From: a virus
IMG/VR virus record: IMGVR_UViG_3300001346_000001
Strand: one strand, 5' to 3'
Length of the DNA stretch: 35,184 bases
Below are positions 7,768 to 14,897 of this stretch, piece after piece. Every line of letters starts with the position of its first letter. Position 1 is the stretch's first letter. Below the pieces are notes generated by a model. The model saw nothing but the letters and a program-made list of their open reading frames with translations, searched no databases and had not been told where the DNA came from. Position numbers and translations under genes: made by a program.

Positions 7768-8514
7768 TTATAAAGCTATACTCATTGCTATTGAAAATCC
7801 CGCTGACACTTCACCAGCTGGACCAGTAGGACCAGTTGCACCAGTAGGGCCAGTTGCACCAGTAGGACCGGCTGAACCAGTTGAGCCAGTTGACCCGGTA
7901 GAACCAGTTGCACCGGTATCGCCTCGAGGAATTGTTAAAGTTAATGCTCCAGTAGTTGTATTATATGAGCTTGATGCTGATGAGCCAGCTGACCCAGTTG
8001 ATACAGATACTGAGGCTACTGATAAAGCTGATACCGATGGATTTCCATCAGAATCAAAAGTTAATGATTTAGAGGCTCTTGTTGCTTTAGCCGGTAATGT
8101 CATATCAATAGATGTTGGGTCATATACCGGAGCTTTAATACTTCTATCTGTATCTTCTGAAACTTGTTGATTAAAAATTGTTAATGAATCTAATTCAGTA
8201 TTAAGTGAGCTGGCTAACAAATCTCCAGCTGTAACGAAATCAGTTGTTCTTTGGATTGCTCTACCACCAACAATAGTAATAGTATTTGAGCCAGTTGGTG
8301 TAGCCGGAGTAGAGGTAAATATAATGGAACCGGTTCCAGTAGTTGTTGACAAAGATACAGTATAATCGCTGGTCAATGTTTTTTTTGTGGAATCAATGTA
8401 AACTGATAAATCTGTTTCGGCCAATATTGGAAAGGAAAAAGAATATGGGCCAGTACCAGCTGAACCAGTATAAACAACACGCCTATCAACAGCTGTGATT
8501 GAATAATTTGCCAT
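7768..8514 (-). CDS. Collagen-like tail fibre protein
   Basis: The N-terminal domain ([29 protein letters not shown]...DYTVS...IIFTS) is typical of podovirus fibre anchors. The C-terminal region has 12 uninterrupted G-X-Y triplets ([37 protein letters not shown]). Confidence 0.75.
   Translation of the reverse strand: MANYSITAVDRRVVYTGSAGTGPYSFSFPILAETDLSVYIDSTKKTLTSDYTVSLSTTTGTGSIIFTSTPATPTGSNTITIVGGRAIQRTTDFVTAGDLLASSLNTELDSLTIFNQQVSEDTDRSIKAPVYDPTSIDMTLPAKATRASKSLTFDSDGNPSVSALSVASVSVSTGSAGSSASSSYNTTTGALTLTIPRGDTGATGSTGSTGSTGSAGPTGATGPTGATGPTGPAGEVSAGFSIAMSIAL
7813..7923 (-). repeat. 9-nt periodic tandem repeat encoding the collagen G-X-Y tract
   Basis: The plus strand reads ccagtagg/ccagttgc units repeatedly (ggaccagtaggaccagttgcaccagtagggccagttgcaccagtaggacc...). 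Confidence 0.85.
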
Positions 8515-8561
8515 TAATGATTACCTCTAAACATTTATTAAATATACCTAAAAACATAACT

Positions 8562-11018
8562 TTACTCAAAAGCGGCTCCGATATTTGGCGTATCAGAGGG
8601 AACACTCTCTCCAGGACTCCACCAATATTCTTGTTCATAATCTCTATATTTTTGTCGTTGATGCTTACGCCATCTTTTCTCAGCTTTAGGGTCAATCATT
8701 CTTTGTATATTATCTAAAACAATTCTTTCGAATCCTAAACTTAAATACCAAAGCGAACTACCAGGAGTATATTGTTTAACAAAGTTTACAGCTTTTCTTC
8801 CTATATTTGTATCATCACCTCGAGTTGCTCTAAAAAGACTACCTAATGTTAAATCAGCAAAATCTGTAGCTAATCCAGCTGTTGGCCCTCCAGCGATTGT
8901 ACCTAATCCTTTCCCATAACGAGCCTCAGATTGTCCAATAAAATCACCCCATATACCAGCTCCTCCACCTTGTAAAAATGCTTTGGCCCAAAATTCTTTT
9001 GTATTCATTTTTAATGGTTGTCGGCCTTTACTCATTTCCTTTAATTGTAAACTTACACCTCCCATTAAAGTTACAGCTATAACAAAATCAGCGGTTAAAC
9101 TTGCTTTTCTATAATTACTTCTAGCGTTCATAAATCGCCCAAATATAGTATGCATTATTGTTACCGGATATTGTTTGTATTGAGCAAAACTTCTAGTTAA
9201 TTCCCCTGATATAGTACCAGCTCTCGAACCTCCTAATAATGTTCCTTTAGCTCTAAATGTTGTTGATGGAATTGCTGATTCGGTTTCTGTAACAATAGCC
9301 TCTAATATTTTAGTTGATAGCTCCTTAGCTTTTCCAGTTGGTAAATCTGTTCGAGCTGCTATTGCCTGGTAATCTAAATATTTTCCCTCAGCTAATTTTG
9401 TAGTTCTAATTAAATCCCAATCACTAGCATTAATACCATATCGCTCTAATGATTCTCTTAATAGTTTATCTAATTCATTATATTTTTTTCCAACCTGACT
9501 CCCAAAATGACCAGTAAATTCTAATGTAAAAGCGTGTCTACCACCCTGAGTCATAGGAGCTAGTCCACTTGACCTCATAACAAAATCCGATACTCTTGCT
9601 GTCCATCCAGGACCAGCTTTTTCACCATTAAATCGAGCTGTTAAAATTGCAGTATCTATCCAGTTATCAGCACCACCACCTAATCGAGCCGCAAGTTTTG
9701 CTCTTTCTCGTGAGCTTAATCCAGCAAATACAGTTTTAAAATAATTAGTCATCATTGATACTTGTGGCAACCCAATCATTCGAGCTGTTATTCTAGCGTT
9801 TTGTGTATCAGTTAATGCTGAGATAGATGCTCTACCAAGTTGAGATGCAGATAATACATTTCTTACACCTTGCATTGTTTCTGCGACTCGGACATTAACT
9901 GGGTCATTTACTCTTAATTGAAAATAGTCATAATAAATTTCAGCTGTTTTTACTGCCGATGTTACTTTGTCTTTTTCTTTTTTAACTAATTTAGCACTTC
10001 TTCTTTCAATTTCTCTTTTTATGTTTTTCATCATTTGAGTAGGATTAGGTCCTAACACTTCTAATTCAGCAACAGTTCTCGACATACTTTCAATATGATT
10101 AGTCATTACATTAAAAGCATCAGGCTCTCCAAATCGTTCCTGGTATTTCATCCAGGATTCAGCATCTTTAAAAACTAAAAATCTATGGTCTTGTAAACGA
10201 TTAGCTAACATTTTTTGACCCTGACCACCTAAGCCTCCAGGTTTAATTGTTGCAGCTCCATTAGTGCTAATTTTTTCAAATGAATCTTTTAATGCTAATT
10301 CTAAAGTTTCATCACTAAATTTAAGACCGCTTTGTTCATTAATCATTTTTTCTTTATTAAGTAATGGTCTTATAAAATCTATCCATTCTTTTTCTCCAGC
10401 TAATAAAACTAATTCATTATTATGCAGCTGCGGTAATCCCCAATCCTCTCTATTAGCAATTCTCATCCCAGCCTCATTAGCTCTAATTCTTATTTTATTT
10501 GCTGTATCTTTCCAGGCTTGAGCTAATTCTTTTGCTGATACATTACCACTATCCTCTCCAAATATTTCTCTAACCATATCTTTAATTTCAGCTTTATTGC
10601 TGGTTCGGCCACTCACACCTTTACCAAACTTAGCTAATACTTCATTCATATAACCAAGATAATATCTATTGATAGCTCCACTTCTCGCCTCAAGGTTTGA
10701 TACACCTTTTGCAAATGGGTCATTTATAGCAATAAGAGCTTGCATAGCTTTTCCCGGATTACCAGGATAGCGGTCAATAAAATCCATTATTCTTTTATGA
10801 GTCATAATCTGTAAGAGCTTTACTCTTTTTTTATGAGCTGTTTCTGCTTTTAAAATATCAAAAGTTTCTTTCGCAGCTCGAGAGGCTGCATTTTCAGGAC
10901 TCGATGATTTAGAAAATTCCATTTCTAATTGGTCATAAACCTCATCAGCATAAGCCTTTTGCTCATCGGTCATCTTACCCTCTTTATTAGCATTAACTAC
11001 ACAATCTTTAAAACTCAT
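8562..11018 (-). CDS. Large internal-virion/ejection protein candidate (818 aa)
   Basis: Start taken at ATG 11018, which shares TGATG with the upstream stop; the track start 11027 is a TTG. Largely helical with a Gly-rich hydrophobic C-terminal part (LQGGGAGIWGDFIG...GGPTAGLATDF). Position is between the kinase-domain protein and the fibres. Confidence 0.5.
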   Translation of the reverse strand: MSFKDCVVNANKEGKMTDEQKAYADEVYDQLEMEFSKSSSPENAASRAAKETFDILKAETAHKKRVKLLQIMTHKRIMDFIDRYPGNPGKAMQALIAINDPFAKGVSNLEARSGAINRYYLGYMNEVLAKFGKGVSGRTSNKAEIKDMVREIFGEDSGNVSAKELAQAWKDTANKIRIRANEAGMRIANREDWGLPQLHNNELVLLAGEKEWIDFIRPLLNKEKMINEQSGLKFSDETLELALKDSFEKISTNGAATIKPGGLGGQGQKMLANRLQDHRFLVFKDAESWMKYQERFGEPDAFNVMTNHIESMSRTVAELEVLGPNPTQMMKNIKREIERRSAKLVKKEKDKVTSAVKTAEIYYDYFQLRVNDPVNVRVAETMQGVRNVLSASQLGRASISALTDTQNARITARMIGLPQVSMMTNYFKTVFAGLSSRERAKLAARLGGGADNWIDTAILTARFNGEKAGPGWTARVSDFVMRSSGLAPMTQGGRHAFTLEFTGHFGSQVGKKYNELDKLLRESLERYGINASDWDLIRTTKLAEGKYLDYQAIAARTDLPTGKAKELSTKILEAIVTETESAIPSTTFRAKGTLLGGSRAGTISGELTRSFAQYKQYPVTIMHTIFGRFMNARSNYRKASLTADFVIAVTLMGGVSLQLKEMSKGRQPLKMNTKEFWAKAFLQGGGAGIWGDFIGQSEARYGKGLGTIAGGPTAGLATDFADLTLGSLFRATRGDDTNIGRKAVNFVKQYTPGSSLWYLSLGFERIVLDNIQRMIDPKAEKRWRKHQRQKYRDYEQEYWWSPGESVPSDTPNIGAAFE

Positions 11019-12229
11019 CAGGCACAATCCTTTAAGCGTTTTAACATTTCTGCATCTTTTTCAAATTCATTAAATACTTCTCGAACTGTTTGGTTTTTTG
11101 AAATAACACCATCAGCTGATTGTAAATTAGGCTCTTGAAATTCTATAACCTCATCTAATAAGGATGAATCTTCAATTTCTTGTTTTGCGGCTTGTGTTTC
11201 TAAATCGGAGTCTTTACCTAGAGTAGGTGACCCATCTTTTTCCAAAGTTTGTTTGCTTGAGCTTTGGCCATCTCCTCTACTTTGTCGTAATCGAAAATCA
11301 GCTTGTTCTGATTGTTCAACGATTTTTTCTGAACCTTGTGGACCCTCTTGGTCAATTCTGGCGTGGGCATCAAATTCTCCTTTCATTAAATTATAGTTAT
11401 TTTTTGGTTTAAGTCCAATGGTTTTAAAGTAATCTATATTAATTAATTTACCGGTTTCAATAAATCTATTAATCATTCTTTTAAAAGCCTCTTTAGGACT
11501 TACATCGGATAAAATTAATTCAACAGTATAACCATTTTCTTTTAATTCTTTTTTAATACCTATCATATCGGATTGTTTATGACCCACTCTAGGTAATAAG
11601 ATATTATCCCCATTTTTCATTGCTTTCTTATAAACTAATTCATTAATTACTTTACTCTCCAAATGAACAGCGTTAGAGCCTACACCATTATTAAACTCAG
11701 GAAATGTTTTTTTCACTTCATCTGAATCAATAATCATAGCTCTTTTATTTTTTGCTATTTGGTCAGCTATTGTGCTTTTACCAGCTGCCGGAGAGCCAAT
11801 TACTATGTATGCTTTTTTTTCTTTTAAAATAGGTTCATCTGAAATCAGTTTTTTAAATTCATCATAAAATCTGTTAATTGCATTTTCATAACCAATTACT
11901 TTTTCATTACCAAAATTAAATTGCCTGGAGCTAATCCATTTATCTGAACCATAACCAGGTATTTCATTTGTAGGTTTAATTTTAGCGGCTTGTTCATAAG
12001 CATCTTGAACCGCTGGATGTTTTTCTATTTCAATAGGGTCATCTAATCCCTCATCCATTTTCTTTTTTAAATCTTGACGAAGTTCAACTTTTTCTTGAAA
12101 AGATTCTTTAGCTTTAAAATCTAATTCCTCTTTTAATACATTTTCTAATTGGTTCCCTTGCTCCTCGACTACTTTTCCTCTTGGTTCTTCGAATCCCTGA
12201 ATATTTGTTCTTTCCGGGATAGGGTCCAT
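11018..12229 (-). CDS. Zeta-toxin-like P-loop kinase domain protein (probable virion-internal protein)
   Basis: Walker A IVIGSPAAGKST, then IIDSDEVKKTFPEF, NILLPRVGHKQ and LKENGYTVELILSDVSPKEAFKRMINRF, in the order typical of zeta/PezT-type kinases. It has an acidic N-terminal extension and a C-terminal extension. Confidence 0.6.
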   Translation of the reverse strand: MDPIPERTNIQGFEEPRGKVVEEQGNQLENVLKEELDFKAKESFQEKVELRQDLKKKMDEGLDDPIEIEKHPAVQDAYEQAAKIKPTNEIPGYGSDKWISSRQFNFGNEKVIGYENAINRFYDEFKKLISDEPILKEKKAYIVIGSPAAGKSTIADQIAKNKRAMIIDSDEVKKTFPEFNNGVGSNAVHLESKVINELVYKKAMKNGDNILLPRVGHKQSDMIGIKKELKENGYTVELILSDVSPKEAFKRMINRFIETGKLINIDYFKTIGLKPKNNYNLMKGEFDAHARIDQEGPQGSEKIVEQSEQADFRLRQSRGDGQSSSKQTLEKDGSPTLGKDSDLETQAAKQEIEDSSLLDEVIEFQEPNLQSADGVISKNQTVREVFNEFEKDAEMLKRLKDCA

Positions 12230-12265
12230 AATTTCTGACTTTTGATTCTCAATAACATCTCCGAA

Positions 12266-14437
12266 TCAGCCATCGACATCCCTAGAGATATTGCCTCGCT
12301 GTATTTCTTGTCGGATAACTCTTGAGAGGTCATCGACAGCTGCTCGTTTGTTTTTTGTTTCTTTAAACTTTTTAGCTGCTTTGGTGAGTTCATCACCGAT
12401 GGCTCCGGTGGTGTGAGCGAGTCGTTTGAGTATTTCTTCTGCTGTCGCATTGTTTATCTCCATTTCTTTATTAATATTTTTCACTAATTGATTCCCTTTA
12501 GACTCAATTTGCGACTGATTTTCTACGAGTGTCTTAAACACTTGCTTATCTCTTTTTAACCTTTTTAAAGTTTCATCTAATATTACAGCTCTTTCTTTAA
12601 ATAAAGTTTCTGTAACCTTTAGATTGCCAAATAAGGTTTCTTGAGATTCAGTTTTGAAACCAGCTCTTAATGCCTGGTTAATAATTGATTCAGCTTGTAC
12701 TAAATTAGTTGGTTTTGTTTCATTTAATAATTTTATAATCGTTGGTTGTTTATCAACATCATCAACCATTTTTCCAACCAAAGCTCCAAAATTCTCATCA
12801 ATAACTTTATTCTCCATCATTAACCAGGCATCATCTCCCAGTTTACTTAAATCATTACCTTGCTTATAAAATTCTGATGTTCGAGGAATACCGATTGAAT
12901 CTAATTTTTTTTTATCTAACTTTAAAACTTTAGCAATATCCATAGCATTTAACTTTTGAATATTAGCTATATTTTTTGCAGCTCCAATCGTTCTAACTTC
13001 CTGAGCTGTAAAGCCATCAACCTCTCTAAATAGATGACCATATAATGCTGGTTGCTGACCATCTTTCTGAGCTATAATTCTTTTAGCTAGACCTAATCTT
13101 TGGTGACCATCAACAACAATTTTTTTTCCCGCTTTAGTTTCAAATACTAATATTTTATCAGCAAGAAATGGTTCCCACTTTGTAACATCTTTCATTTTAT
13201 TAGATACACCAAATTCATCTGTACCTGATTTGAATTGAAATGTTTTTGCATCTACTTCTAATTCATCAATATTAAATTTAATTTGGTCCTCAGGTAAAGT
13301 AGCCTCAACAACACTTTCTTTAGTTTGAAATTTTTCTGTATTCAATGGTGATGTAGGTTTATTAATAGGAGCTGCATCAGGATACTCACCTAAGTTTCTT
13401 AAACTTTCATTAACTAATTTAATATGCTCAGATTCACCATCAATGCCTTTAAATGGATTGGCTTTAATAATATCCTCATCATCTTTTAAACTTTTAAGCG
13501 AATGATTTAATAAACTAATATCATTCATAGGGTCTAATTCTTCACTTAGATTTTTAGAAATTTTATGTCCATTAGGATTGTCAGGACTTAATAAGTTTAC
13601 TGCCTCTTTTAAAGCATTGTGAGCATCTTGATTAGATAATTTTTCAGGAACTTTAAAACTTGGTATCGCTTTTTTAACTCCAGCAAATATTGTATTTATT
13701 GCTAAACCACCAACTCCAGCTGATAATCCACCAATACCAACATCTCTTGCCATATCATTTAATGTATATTCCTCTCCAATACTTTCTCTAAAAATTTTAA
13801 CTTGAGGTCGAGTAACTAATTCATAACCCGCTCCAGCTCCAAATTGCTGAACAAAAACTTTTGCCATTGCCGGTTTAGTAAATTGACCAGGAATATTTCC
13901 ATATAATAAAAAGGGCCAATAAAGTGGATTACTTACCATATCACCAAAATAACTAGCCATTGTTGGTAAAGCCTGGGAACCAAATGGCCCACCAGCTTTT
14001 GATATTTCAGCTACATCAGCTTTTGCACTCCTTGCTAATACACCAACTTGTTCTAATAGTGATTGTTGAGTAATAATTTCATAACCAGGTAATTTAGAAT
14101 TTTTTATATGTTTATTTAACTTTGCTAATTCTTCATCAAAACTATCAATTCTTTTTTCTGTTGCATATTGACCACTACCTGAAACAAAACTTTCTTTAGG
14201 AGCATTTCCAAAATTATCAAATCTTTTACCAGTTTTTTCAAAAACATCATCTAATATTGGCTGTAAAACTTTTGTTAATCCATATTCCCTGGAATTAGGA
14301 GAACTCATAATTTTATGCATTTCCCTAACTTTATTCCAACTTTCGCTATAGTCACTCTCAGGTCTATCAAAAGTTTGTATTCTATCTAACCCAATAGATT
14401 CTAAGGCCTCTTGATTACTATTAAATGCATTAACCAT
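12266..14437 (-). CDS. Large virion protein with ParB/Srx-like domain (723 aa)
   Basis: ILVFETKAGKKIVVDGHQRLGLAKRI matches the ParB N-terminal (ParBc) core G-H-x-R motif. It also has hydrophobic Gly-rich segments (VGIGGLSAGVGGLAINTIFAGV). Its stop lies 36 nt upstream of the kinase-gene start, and its own start abuts the M15 peptidase stop (14437/14438). Confidence 0.55.
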   Translation of the reverse strand: MVNAFNSNQEALESIGLDRIQTFDRPESDYSESWNKVREMHKIMSSPNSREYGLTKVLQPILDDVFEKTGKRFDNFGNAPKESFVSGSGQYATEKRIDSFDEELAKLNKHIKNSKLPGYEIITQQSLLEQVGVLARSAKADVAEISKAGGPFGSQALPTMASYFGDMVSNPLYWPFLLYGNIPGQFTKPAMAKVFVQQFGAGAGYELVTRPQVKIFRESIGEEYTLNDMARDVGIGGLSAGVGGLAINTIFAGVKKAIPSFKVPEKLSNQDAHNALKEAVNLLSPDNPNGHKISKNLSEELDPMNDISLLNHSLKSLKDDEDIIKANPFKGIDGESEHIKLVNESLRNLGEYPDAAPINKPTSPLNTEKFQTKESVVEATLPEDQIKFNIDELEVDAKTFQFKSGTDEFGVSNKMKDVTKWEPFLADKILVFETKAGKKIVVDGHQRLGLAKRIIAQKDGQQPALYGHLFREVDGFTAQEVRTIGAAKNIANIQKLNAMDIAKVLKLDKKKLDSIGIPRTSEFYKQGNDLSKLGDDAWLMMENKVIDENFGALVGKMVDDVDKQPTIIKLLNETKPTNLVQAESIINQALRAGFKTESQETLFGNLKVTETLFKERAVILDETLKRLKRDKQVFKTLVENQSQIESKGNQLVKNINKEMEINNATAEEILKRLAHTTGAIGDELTKAAKKFKETKNKRAAVDDLSRVIRQEIQRGNISRDVDG

Positions 14438-14896
14438 TTATATAACCAATCCTTTCTCATATCCTTTTTCTTTTGTATATGTTAAAACTTCTTTTCTATT
14501 ATCACCGCTCGTTAGTGAACAATGAACCCAACCAGAATCTAAGCCTTTTTCTTTTGAGAAACATTCAAGAATTACTTGGTCAAAATCAAAATGGTTAATA
14601 ATCATTTCAGCTAAACTTAATGTACTCATACCTAGAGCCTCAATATCAACAGCCTCTCCTTTACAATGTTGGGATAATTGAGATGACCCTATTGCTAAAG
14701 ATAATTCTTGTGTTCGATAACCACTTGTAATTATAATCGGTTTTTGGATTCGTTCACGAAGTGGTTCCAGTATTTGTGTGGCTAGAAACGATAACTTTGG
14801 AATAATATCTTGAGGAGGAGTGTTATCTAATCCTTTTCTATCCGCAGTTTGACTTTTTGTAAATTCTCTTAAACTAAAATTTTTTGTAAGCTGCAT
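14438..14896 (-). CDS. Peptidase M15 (VanY/DD-peptidase-like) peptidoglycan hydrolase
   Basis: LREFTKS...SGYRTQELSLAIGSSQLSQHCKGEAVDIE...GWVHCS gives the SxHxxGxAxD...H zinc-ligand pattern of the Peptidase_M15_3 family. Confidence 0.8.
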   Translation of the reverse strand: MQLTKNFSLREFTKSQTADRKGLDNTPPQDIIPKLSFLATQILEPLRERIQKPIIITSGYRTQELSLAIGSSQLSQHCKGEAVDIEALGMSTLSLAEMIINHFDFDQVILECFSKEKGLDSGWVHCSLTSGDNRKEVLTYTKEKGYEKGLVI

Positions 14897-14897
14897 T

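Noticed and set aside
7727-8170. 147-aa plus-strand ORF rich in PVxP repeats
   Set aside because: It is the antisense reading of the collagen-like G-X-Y repeat of the fibre gene 7768..8514. The periodic GNN/NNC codons keep the opposite strand open. It has no independent start signal, and its orientation opposes the whole operon.
4652-8514. Invertible tail-fibre segment or diversity-generating retroelement acting on the fibre genes
   Set aside because: All fibre genes are co-oriented with no inverted duplicate tips. No reverse transcriptase and no template/variable repeat pair is visible. The recombinase is several kb away on the other arm.
12169-12450. 93-aa minus-strand ORF, a possible epsilon-like antitoxin next to the zeta-like gene
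   Set aside because: It lies out of frame, mostly inside the 3' end of the 723-aa ParB-like gene, and overlaps the kinase gene start. It has no SD, and its composition looks like an alternative-frame artefact.
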